Shown here piece by piece: positions 48,520 to 59,295 of a stretch of DNA of 64,000 nucleotides (position 1 is the first letter of the stretch; every line of letters starts with the position of its first letter). Position numbers and translations under genes: made by a program. The DNA is taken from contig NC_045730.1 in assembly GCF_009834535.1 (NCBI RefSeq), positions 2,294,001 through 2,358,000 of the forward strand. Direction: 5' to 3'. Origin of the DNA: Camelus ferus (lineage: Eukaryota). Under the pieces are notes generated by a model that did no database searches, was not told the DNA's origin, and saw only the letters and a list, made by a program, of their open reading frames with translations.

Positions 48520-50066
48520 AATACAGTTAAACACAGGAGGTGACTAAAAATGTCAACAAATAATAAGGGCCCTTAAATAAGACAAACAAACTAAGGAGAA
48601 ACAAACAGAATGTTTAGAAGCGAGAAACAAAGAGCTACAATTAAAAAAATCCAGTTTAATTCAATCGTAATTGTGAATCACACAGCTTAAGAGGCAATTA
48701 GCGATTTGAAAAATAAATCTGATACAATATTATAAATTGTAGTGACAGAAAAAAATGCAACAGAGCAAAGAAAATTCAAGGAGCCTAATGAAGGGACAGC
48801 ATCCTAGATTCCATCCGTCAGAATTGGAGAAGGGAGTTGGAGGAGTGAACCCGTGAGGCTTTTCCAGATTTGTTGAAAGACACCAAACCTCAAGTTCAAA
48901 AGCCCGGTGTCAGGCAGGAGAGAGTAAAAAAAGTCCACAGCTGGGCCCCTCAAAATGAACTTTTCAACAAAGAGAAGTTCCTGAAGCCTCTTGGCAGGAA
49001 AAGTGAGGCTCTTCTCAGAGGCACGACCGTAAGCCCCGAGCTTCGGCTCCAGGGCGACACCAGGAACCAGATGCACTGAACACCCTTCATGTTTGCAGCA
49101 AAGAGAATGTAGCAAGCAGCCCCACTGCATCCTCACTGAGACTGCTTTTCAAGAATGAGTGTAAAACAGACAAGAGCTGAGTGCATCTGCCGCCCACAGA
49201 ACCCGAATAAAGGGAAGTTTTGATTCACAGAACTTTAAAAGGTTAACTTAGAGCACCTGACAAAAATATTACAGACATTCATTGTTCCTGAACCCAGGAT
49301 TGTGCTGGAGGAGGGGAAAGATACTGATTACACTTTGACTTCTTTATGAAAACCATTTAATAATAAAATGATAGATACGGGGGCTATAAATTAAACTTGG
49401 TAGACATTAAAAAAAATGGAGTTTTGAAAAAAAAACTTCAATAAATTCAAAAGATTTCAAGAAAGAGGTAAAGCCAGAAAAGAGGCACAGAGCAGGCCGT
49501 GAAACCAGAAGAGCACGAAGTGAGACGGTGAGGGAAGTGCGCGTGTGTCAGCGCCTGCGGGGTGTCGGCTGAGCCTCTTCTCCTGACCGGGGTGGGGGCG
49601 AGTGCACCTCTCTCTGTCCTAACGGTGCTGGGGGCCGGGCAGGGCTGCTGGGGGCTCTGGTCTCCTCCCCTCTAGGCCACGGCCCTGACTCCAAGGTGCC
49701 CTCTCAGCTCAGGATTTTGGAGTCAGCAGGACGGGGGACAGTAGTGGGGACCAAGGCTGCCTTTTTGACGCTGTGACCCAGCTCCCTGGGAGCTGCCTGT
49801 GTTCCTTGGCTCCGTCACACTGAGCTGGGGGGACGAGAGAGGGTACCATGGGTCAGAGGAGGAAGTGGACAAGGGACGCTGAGGGCACCAGTTAGCACTC
49901 TCCACTGCAACTGTCAGTGTAAGTGGACCAAACATTCTGGCTAACCTGCACATATTTTAACCAGATTTAAAAACACATAGCTAATTGCTGTTTATAGGAG
50001 ACACATCCAAATTATGACAATTTAGAAACCTCAGGCATTGAAAAATTTTATTCTTTTAAACTGATA

Positions 50067-50097
<31 letters not shown>

Positions 50098-50430
50098 TCT
50101 AAATATGTATGTATATTTACACACATATGCATATATAAGTATTCCTTTAAATGTCCACACACACACACATGCATACACACACATACACCAGACAGATACT
50201 TAATAAAGGAAAGCTGGTGTAATACTATTTCATCAGGCAGGAGAGACTTAAAGGCAGAAAGCATTACTAAAGAGAAAGAGGGTCATTGTATGACATAAAT
50301 GCTTCCATTTCCCAAGGAAAATGTAGCTAAGCTTAGGTGCACCTAATAACAAAGCACTGAGAGGAAATAGTGTTGAAGCTACAAGGAGAAAATGATAGCT
50401 TTCAACATTGTCTTGGGAGATTTTTAATAC
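48520..50430 (+). mobile_element. ancient L1M fossil spanning ORF1, the inter-ORF region and the ORF2 endonuclease start
   Basis: ORF1-like FPDLLKDTKPQVQK...KEKFLKP...RGTT (about 48860-49030); ORF2-like 'CCL.ETH' text (ctaattgctgtttataggagacacat), KAGVIL, DLKAESITKEKEGH, APNNKA, VLGDF (50200-50425). Interrupted by a GC-rich block at about 49540-49895 and an AT/CA microsatellite at 50065-50185. Confidence 0.82.
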
Positions 50431-50433
50431 AGC

Positions 50434-50620
50434 GGCGCTGGGCTCGACTTTCCAGCTATGTGATGTTTGGCTGTTCTTTAAGCTGTCTACGATTCTTAGT
50501 GGTAAAACAGCACAATAAAATTATAACAGCTTCTTAATGCTGTACTAAATGAACAGTGTGGGTGATGAACTTCGCAAAGTATCTAGTGCCAAGGAAATGC
50601 ACCGTAAAACCAAATGCTAC
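50434..50620 (+). mobile_element. MIR fragment
   Basis: ctgggctcgactttccagctatgtgatgtttggc...cgcaaagtatctagtgccaaggaaatgcaccgtaaaaccaaatgctactat. Confidence 0.5.
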
Positions 50621-50621
50621 T

Positions 50622-50648
50622 ATGATGATGATGATGATGATGATGATG
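50622..50648. repeat. (ATG)n trinucleotide microsatellite
   Basis: Nine ATG units. Confidence 0.95.
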
Positions 50649-51093
50649 TTCTTGAAGGCGGCAACGTGAGAAAGCAATAGGGGAGGAAAAGCAGTTCTGA
50701 TCGCCCTGGATAATCAGACAGGAGACAGGAGGCTCTGCAGGAAGGGTCACTTGGGGCTGGGGGATCTGGGAGCCATTTTCAGATAGGAAATAATAATCTT
50801 TTCCTTTCAGTTGCTGCTATGACCTCAAGAAAATAAAGGAGGCAATGATGAAAAACAAACAAGCAAAAAGCTATTTGACGGTGGAACTTATTGTTCTATT
50901 TGTCTTGGAGGCAAAACACATTGCAAAAAAATACGTGTGTCCAAGAGAAGCTAAGAGGCCTCCAGATTCTTCCAATTTTTGTCTTTAAATAGTTACTGCT
51001 ATGAAATCCTACTTTTTCTTTCCCTGCCTGAGTAACACATTGGAATGCAGCTCACCCCTTGGGTTTTTAGGTCACTAACCTGAAGCTCTCTAG

Positions 51094-51144
51094 GTCGCCG
51101 TGGAGATGTATCGAAACGTCGTGAAGACCAGGAGCATGGCATGA
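51094..51144 (+). CDS. candidate terminal coding exon (VAVEMYRNVVKTRSMA*), unidentified
   Basis: Branch-point-like CACTAAC at 51073-51079, ctctctag| acceptor, GC3 13/16, purine-first 14/16, TGA, AATAAA at 51155-51160. Confidence 0.27.
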   Translation, partial: VAVEMYRNVVKTRSMA

Positions 51145-52333
51145 GGTCAACTAAAATAAAACTCTCCCTCCCCGCCGGCCTTGCCTGCGGGATCCAAACT
51201 GTGTCCTCTCACTTCGTGTGGAAACGTTTACTGTGGTGACCGGCTTCCAGATGATGGTGTAAACAGATAAGTCCACGCATGGGTTATGGCTACAGCATCG
51301 TGCCTGTGACCCTTCGGGCCTTTCCAGCTGCTTTAACCGTCTGCGCGTGACAGTTGGGTTCCGGATGAGCTCAGCGTCTTTGACTTAGGTACATGCAATT
51401 GTCCTGGAAGGAGCCAGTGTCATCAGTGTCACTTAACTGCACATTGTTTCTAAGTCTCTTTGAAAAACTTGAGACACTCAGAAAACACGCCTTCGCCCCT
51501 GAGGTTTGTCAGCTAACAGCCCTCCTGCTTTACAAACAGAAGGTGGTTAAACAAGCATTTTTCTAAAAGGCATACTTGGTGGCTCTAAAACAGAGCAATA
51601 AAAGTTGCACAATCGGAGGGAAAGAACAGTTTGTTTTGCCCTGTTTATTGCCAGCTAAATGCTAGAAGACTTTTAAAGTAACAGCAACCAGTATAAAGGA
51701 GGGGAAAAAATCAAATAAAAATTTTATGACCTTGAGATAAACCTATTGCTTTCTCCCCTTCCATAGTTTTACAAAACTATCTCCACCTTTTGGCACTAGA
51801 AACTACATATAATGTTTCACTCTGCAAATGCCAGCAAGGCCTCATATAAAATTATAGCTGGAGGAACAGAGGTGCTGTAAAATGGGGCAGGAAAACCGAA
51901 AATTTCGGTGCAGAGTGAAACAGTCCATGTTACGTTCACTCCAATAAAGCGAAATTTATTCTAAGAGGAAAAGAGTGGAATTGAATGTATGCTTTATTTT
52001 CCCCAGACAAAACCTTTTAAAAGTAGAATTATAGGTGGCTCTCATTTTAAACAGAGCCTTGCGTCTTGCACCCTGGGTCTGACCGGACCCTTTGCAGCAG
52101 GTCTCAGCCGCGAGGGCGCCCTGAAATCTGCAAAGCTTCAACGTGTGCTCGTCTCGGGGCCCTGGGGGCCCCGATCTGGTGGGTCTGCGGTTCCTCCTGG
52201 ATGTTTCCTTCTGGGAATTTCCAAGTCTCCCCTGCTGATTCCCACGGACAGCCAAGGTTGAGCTCCTTAGCTTTAGAGCAAGGCTGGCTGCGATGAGTCC
52301 CCTTGGATGGTAGCGGAGGTTGAAAAATCATCA

Positions 52334-52423
52334 TCAAGTCATGAAGCGGAATGTCTCCCAGAAGAAGCCCACAGCCCGCTCGCCGATGCCCAGCACTGGT
52401 GCTGTGGCCCTGATTTTAAAGAG
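52334..52423 (-). CDS. candidate terminal coding exon (LFKIRATAPVLGIGERAVGFFWETFRFMT*), unidentified
   Basis: Acceptor ctttatag| (alternative aaatcag| at 52409), GC3 21/29 with common mammalian codons, three tandem in-frame TGA (52328-52336), minus-strand AATAAA at 51993-51998 and 51955-51960. Confidence 0.28.
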   Translation of the reverse strand, partial: LFKIRATAPVLGIGERAVGFFWETFRFMT

Positions 52424-53234
52424 CTATAAAGCTACCTCAGCCACCTGGCCTGGGGCTCCGATCTCACGACCAATGGCGAGTCCCACCCCAGGTGAGCGGA
52501 GTCATGGGGGATGGGGAAGAGGAGAAAGGAACTCCCCGGTTCCCATCTTCGCCCCCATCTTGCATGGTGACTGTCCCCGGAGACTCTGTGATGGCCTCCC
52601 GGTGCCAGCCAGTAGGGCTCTTTACTTGTATTTGTATTTTGGTTTGTTTTTCCTGTGCAGCCATCGTAGCTTCCTTCCTGGCTCCACAGCTTTGCTTGGG
52701 ACTGGCCCGCAGAAAGGACAGAGCACGCATGTGCTGAGGGGAGGCTGGGGAGAGACGGGTGTTGGGAAGGGGTGCGGGGCTCTGGGATGGCGAGCGGGAG
52801 GGGCCGGGGCGCAGCCTGCCCCGGGCTGGGACCAGGCGGGCCGCTGGAATCTCGAGGCTGAGGCGTATTTGTGACTTACTCTGTGCCTCATCTTAGCCAC
52901 GGCTCCTGGCCTCCAGCAAAGCTGGGAGAATCAGACTGACTAGAGGTCGAAAATATTCCCCGCTAAAACTTAACGGAATACAAAGTGTGTCCCTGCATCT
53001 ATCTAGAAAAATGTCATGGACAAGATAGACTTGGAATAGGAAGGACGGATCCCTTCAGTTCAGAAATGTCACTGATCCAGAACAGAAGGTGCTGTTTGCT
53101 GCCCGTCTCAGAATATCCCGTGTATGTTATTAATAAAAGGTGCATCCAGAGTGAGAACCGTGACAATAAAAGTTACAAAAGCGGTAATCATGGCGGTATT
53201 TTCTAGGCGGTACAGAATCATCCCGATGTACGCG

Positions 53235-53625
53235 TTCATTCACTCCTCACGGACTCTTCCAGCAAGTGTTTACTACCTGGCTTCCAGGGGTTAAGCACTG
53301 TGATGTGTGTCAGACACACAGCAATAAAAATAGAAAGGGTTCTGTCCTTGGGGAGCTTGTGGACGAGTGGAAGCCAGGCGTTCAACAAGTGAAAACCCGC
53401 ATGGATATATTACTGTGAAGTAGGCGGACAGGTGCCATGAGATAGTTTACCAGAAAGGCCGGCTTTGGTTTGAGTGTTCCGTTCAGAGCACACCCATTAG
53501 GGAAGTGACGTTTAAGCTGAGTCTGGAGTGATGAGCAGGAGTGATTTTGGTTGGGACGGAGGGAGTTCATTTGGGGCAGAAGGAGACAGTGCTGTGTGCA
53601 GATGATGCAAACAAAGGGGGCGTTC
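53235..53625 (-). mobile_element. L2 (LINE-2) 3' fragment
   Basis: ttcattcactc...caagtgtttact...tctgtccttggggagcttgtggacgagtgg...ggaagtgacgtttaagctgagtctgga. Confidence 0.8.
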
Positions 53626-55929
53626 GGGGTATTCATGCAGGTGCACGCCCCTCAGAGACAGGCCGCCTGCCACACACACAGGGCACAGTGGAGGAGCTGG
53701 ACGTCACCTCGATGGTGCTACCCCCTCCCAGCAAAGATGGGACAAACAGCTGTGTCCAAGGACCACGACTTTCAAGACAAAACAGTGGAAAACTGAGCGT
53801 CTAGGCAGATAACCTATTCTGTGACCTTGAGCTGGTGAATTCTTTCCAGAACATTTGTCTGGAATGTCTCCCAGACTGGCTACATGGAGACCTTCCCCTA
53901 GTCTTCAAGGGAGAAGGTAATCTGGTAGATCTGGGAGGGAAAGGGCCAGGCCGAAGGTGGGCGTCACAGAGGACGTGTCTGGATCTGAATGACATCGTTC
54001 CTTGGACCAGGAGACAGGGCTCGAGGTGTTACTGTGGTGGGTGGTGGGGGACAGTGAAACGGAGCCCCCTGTTCCGTGGGTCACTTCATCTATTTTGTTG
54101 TATTTTTCTTGGTGGTGCCCATAGCTGCCCTTTTCAATAGACTGAAATGCTAACGCATTCTGCCCCGAACCTACAATGAAGTCATTAGTTGTGACTATCT
54201 CCTCCCTCCCACCCCGTTCCACCCCCTTGCTTCCCCAAGCCCTTCCTGGGGCATTTAGCCCTACACTCACTTCCGCATTCTCCTCCCTTCATGGGAGTGT
54301 CTGCCTGCACTGCTGGGATCATCTCAAAATCTGCCAGAGTTTCTAATCTGCTGAGTCTGTCCTGGGGTTGGTTGTATTCTCGGTTTTGATGCCAGAACAG
54401 ACACAGCCTCGCAGGGAGAGGCTCCTGTGGGGTCACTGGCAGGGGTCTTAGTCCCCTCGGGTGATGGGAGAGAACGGAGCTTGAGAATGACTGACTAGGG
54501 GAACGCAGACTTTACAGGATTTGGAAGAGGAAGCAACGGGAAGCTGTCTGAGAGGACAGAGTGGTGCCAGAGGGCAGCTCAGGGCTGTGAGGACTCGAGG
54601 GAGGGTCCGCACTTGGAGGGTCTCCGTCCTGGAGCACGGAGGCAGGGGGCTCCTTCTCCTGGGCTGAGAATGTGTGAATTATTGGAAGGCAAGGACGGCT
54701 TTTACAAGTTTGGGGAACTTATTCCTGGTATTAAAACAAATGCTTTCGATGGGCCTTTCATATATGTACATATAATTGTGGGTGTGGAGGCACATTTGAC
54801 TTATAAAAAATGAATAACAGAGTAAAGAGTTTTTAAATAGACATCTGACTTGAGAGGATTATCATCTGATCACAGAACAGCGGTGGCTAAGAGCTACAGA
54901 ATAATGTTTGTGTCTGTTCTGGACCACGTGCCAGCCCCCGTCATGTGATCAAACACACCAGCGGCCGGGGGTCTCCTGGCTCCACCAGTCCGTCCGCCCT
55001 TCTTGGTCTGTGTTCCTTGCCCTCGGGGGATTTGGCTGAGACTGGAAGGCGAACTGCGGGCTGTGAACTCTGCTCACATCACCATCTCCGGGAGGAATCC
55101 TTACTTCTGGGCTAGGAACTACTGTGTCCTTTTCCTTAAAAATATTAAATGCGTAATAGATACTTTTTTAAGGTGAGAAGCTATTTTAACAGACAAGTAG
55201 ACAAATACAGCATTTTCAGGTATTTCTTTTAACGGGACAACAGTCTGAAGGAGACAGAAAGGTCGTTTTTCTTACATGGTCAACGTTTGTCTCCACTGGC
55301 CCCAGGTTCCAGTCGGGCTCCACTGGACGGCAGTGTTCAAGGCTTCCACGTACAGTTGTTAAATTTAGGAGAAGAAACGTCAAAGGGACTCTGCCTCTGC
55401 CCCGGAAACCCCTCTCCTGGACAGGCAGCCCGGTGGCGGATGAACAAGAGGACTGCCTTCAGTAACGGCCCAGTTTCTATTGGGAAATATCTTTACTTCC
55501 ACTTGAGAAGGACTCTGGGTGTGTGGCTGTAAAACCTGGAGAAGCATAGCTGGTTTTCTTCCGGGCGTCGACGCTGACTGATCTGAGCACCTCGCGCTCT
55601 GTAAGCTGATGGGAAACGTGTCCACGTGGACGTACGTTATACCTCTGTGAGACCATCCTCCTTCTCACTTTCTCTCCTCTCCTCTCACACCCACGGCTCT
55701 CCCTCCTGTGACGTCCACACAGGGGCTCACACAGCATCTTCCATCCAGGTGGGCCTGCATCACCATCCGCACCTGCTCAGGGCTGACCATCTCCCGTGGG
55801 CCCAAGGATGAAGCCGAGACAGAACGCTGCTCCCCGCCAGTCTGCAGGTGGGTGGGGGAGTCACAAAATATCTCTTCTGGTGAGAGCAGCATCGGCTACA
55901 GCCTGAAGCCTAGGGATGCTTCAGGTGCA

Positions 55930-56215
55930 GGGCAGGTGGGAAGGCGTGTTCCTGGCACACGCGTGAGGCACCAGCGTGCTCCACGTCAGGTGGCTGCACG
56001 GGTTGAGGCACACGAACCGGAAACTGGACAGTCAGTGAGCCTGAGCTCAGGGGGCAACGCGGGACTCGGAAGCGAGGGGGATGGAGGGGGGACCGGGCCA
56101 GGTCATGAAGGGCCAGGCAGCAGAAGGCGTGCAGAAGCGTTTCAACTTTATCTGAGGGAAATGAGAAGTAACCCAAGTGTTTTAAGCAAGAAATTGCTTG
56201 GTTGGATTTTTTCAT
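55930..56215 (-). mobile_element. L2 fragment
   Basis: gggccaggtcatgaagggcc...gcgtttcaactttatctgagggaaatgagaagtaacccaagtgttttaagcaag. Confidence 0.65.
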
Positions 56216-57451
56216 CATAAAACCCCTCTGATTTCAGTGCTTCCTAGCTTGTTTTCCGTTCTCTCTGGGTGTCTAACGGTGCTCTGCTGTGTTTTCTCCC
56301 CCCTCGTCCCCACCCGTCTTTTACTTGGGACGCCCTAAGAAGGAACTACTCTCACTGACTCAGATTCTCTGAAAGGATGGCCCATTAGCGACAACTATTT
56401 CCCCAGATCCTGCTGTGTTCTCAGCAAATCCAGCCCCTTGGGGATCTCGTGTGTTAGAGAGAGAGTGCTTTATGCTTTCAGGTTTTGAGCTGCGTCAGAG
56501 AAAACACGCACGGCTTCAGAGATATGAGTAGGTTTAGTGTTTAGACGCAGCGAGTGTTTCTCCCTGGAGGCCCAGAAGTGATATTACAGTCCCTAATCTT
56601 CACACAGGTCAGCCTGAGACTCAAGTCTCTTACATGACGTGCCTGCCGATCGACTGTCCATCCCAACCGGCATGCTCTTCAGAAGAATCGGAAACCTTCT
56701 GGAGGAGCTTACTTTCATTTTCAGATAATTTTACCCATTCTAGAAGGTCTCTTCTTGTAGTGGGCGGAGAATCCACTTTTGTACAGCCTGAGCCATGACC
56801 CCCCGCTCTGTTTTGTGGCCCCATCACCACTGCTGTCATGACTACAGTCCGTGATCTGAAGGCATAACTCATGTCCCTCTAAATCTCTTTCCTAGATCAA
56901 AAACTCAGATTTTTTTTTCCCATCCATCCCTGGTAACGCAGTTCCTTGTCCCCTCCATACCCTGTTAGTCCCTGGACATGCTGCAGGGTCAGGGCCCTGA
57001 CCAGACTGCACCGTTCAGACGCGAAGGCGATACCTCACTGGCTGGCTGAGCGGTGCTAGTGGGGCGGTGACATCCCCTCTCCCGTCCCAGCGTCTGTATT
57101 TCCATGGATGGGGCTCTGCCGGCAGTGAGGATTCTGGTGCCCACAGCTCAAAGTCTGACTGTGGTGTAGCCCAGACCCGCACCTGTAATTACGGCTGGTG
57201 AGGTAACACCCTGGCCGGGATCTGAGCAGCAAGCCCCAGCGTTTAAGGAGTAACTCAGCTGCTTGAGTGCGTAAAACTTCCTCACTTAGCATCCAACCTA
57301 CTCCAACTGGAAATCCGCAACAGGCTGGAACAGGGCTGTGAGCCAGCCTTTCTGCACGAAAGAAAGCGTCCCATGTCTGCTCTTTCCAACATGGCAGCCA
57401 CGAGCCACTGTCTGTGGGCCACTCGGGAAGAGAAATTGAACCTTAACATCT

Positions 57452-57530
57452 CACTTAATTTTAATGAATTTATATTTAAATAGCCGCACGTGGCTAGTGG
57501 CTACTGTCTTGGGCAATGCAAGTGTATCAA
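57452..57530. mobile_element. MER3/MER33-like hAT-Charlie terminus
   Basis: cacttaattttaatgaatttatatttaaatagccgcacgtggctagtggctactgtcttgggcaatgca. Confidence 0.8.
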
Positions 57531-59019
57531 ACCATTCCATGGCCAAACGGGAGGTAGAGGTGGGGGTGAAGAGGAGGTTGGAGAAAGAGAGAGAAAAAGT
57601 TTCCAAGATAAGTGACTGTGAGCCAATCTTGTAGACCAAGTATTGGAAGAGAATGAGATCCTTACTTTCTAGTATTAATAGATCTCATAGGCTAATTAAA
57701 AACACGATAGCTATACAAACACAAAATTTTACAAAAATTGGTGAGTTAAGCAGTATTGATTATCTTCTTACAGGTAAGTGTAGGAAAATTGCCTAACTGT
57801 GTGCACACACTAAGCAAGGGAGCCTGAATTTTAATTATTCATATGTATATTTATCATACACATTATGGTATATATATATTTTAATTATATATTTATATCT
57901 ACTTATTTATATAGAGTTTATCTCACGCTTTTGATGGCATCTGCGTTGTCTATGATATATTGACTTCAATACACTGTGTATCAGCTGTGCGCGCAGACCT
58001 GTACATGTGCGTATGTGTAGGATGTATGTACCCACGTACATCTGGATACATGTATGCGTTCCCATGCATTGTGTATATTACCTGTAATGAGCTGGGAAAT
58101 TTCATCGGTCAGGAAGAATATTTCTAAGTGAGAAGCTTCCTTTCTGTACAAAACAAGGATGGTGAGCAAAGTCATACGATAAACTTTGAAAAGGGCGTCA
58201 GCATAGCTGTAGAAATGACACTATTATATGTATTTTTGTTTCCTTTTGGAAACTGGTCATTGATCAACACATTTTGTCCCCCACAGCACGGTAGCACCAT
58301 GAGGTAAAATAGAAAACGTCTCTTGTTCGCCGACAGCCGGTCTTTGACATTTAACTCTCCATCTGGTCTCTGGACTTCCTCTCCAGACAGTGGCTGCAGC
58401 CAGGGTGAGCTGGTCTGGGCACCACTGGAGTGTCAGAAATCTGGGCCGATGTTTTAATTTCGCTATTTTAAGTGAGGTCTTCAATCCCGAGTCATGAGTC
58501 AGAGATGGAAGAGATTTAGAGACTGGACCTAACTCCTTAACTGAGAGACGAGAAGCCAAAGCCCATCGCAGGGCAGTGACCGCTCCGGCCTCAGGGCGAC
58601 TGCCTGTGGCGGCTCTGGGCGGGCTCTCAGCAGCTCCCGCGCCGCGTCTCCGCATGCGTGATGAAGTCAATCTGTTTATCTGTTGGCCCGGATTCTTATG
58701 TGATTTGTGATTGATACTTGTCTTCCTCGTTCAATTTTACTTCCTTCCTCCTTAAAAGAGAAAAAATAAAGTTGAAGAAAAACACCTCTGTAGATAATAA
58801 TAATAAAATTTCTGCAAAAACAGGAAACTTAAAAATGCAACACCCTTTGCAGCAGTGAAGTAAACAGGAAGTGAATAACATAAGGTCTGTTGTGAGTGGC
58901 GTAGGTGTGTCACCTCTGCCCGTCAGACACACGTTTCAGGGCCAGGCCCGATGCCGGGGTGGTGACAGCAGTGGTCCCCGTAGTGTCTGCCGCGTCCTGA
59001 GCCCTGACTCCTCTAAGGC

Positions 59020-59295
59020 CACCGCCGGCTTGCTGGGGCTGCACACGCAGCACACAGCCGGAGGGCAGCGGCACAGACATGTCTTTTCTCACAGTTCCAG
59101 AGGCCAGAAGTCTGAAGTCACGATGCGGCGGCGGGGCTGCCTCCCCAGCCGCTTCCCTGCTGGCTGCGCAGACGCCGTCCCCTCCCCATGTCCTCGCAGA
59201 GGCGCCCCTGTGCTCCTCTGGGTCCTGATCTCCTCTCATAAGGACGCCAGTCACGTGGGGCTAAAGCCCGCCCCAGTGGCCTCGTTCTCATCCGG
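59020..59295 (-). mobile_element. MLT1 (A/B/C-like) LTR, GC-shifted
   Basis: ttttctcacagttccagaggccagaagtctgaagtcacgatg...gggtcctgatctcctctcataaggacgccagtcacgtggggctaaagcccgccccagtggcctcgtt. Confidence 0.8.

Noticed and set aside
54563-54580. CTCF-like tgccagagggcagc (also similar near 59055 and 62525)
   Set aside because: Partial matches are common in GC-rich DNA and cannot be judged without matrix scores or ChIP data.
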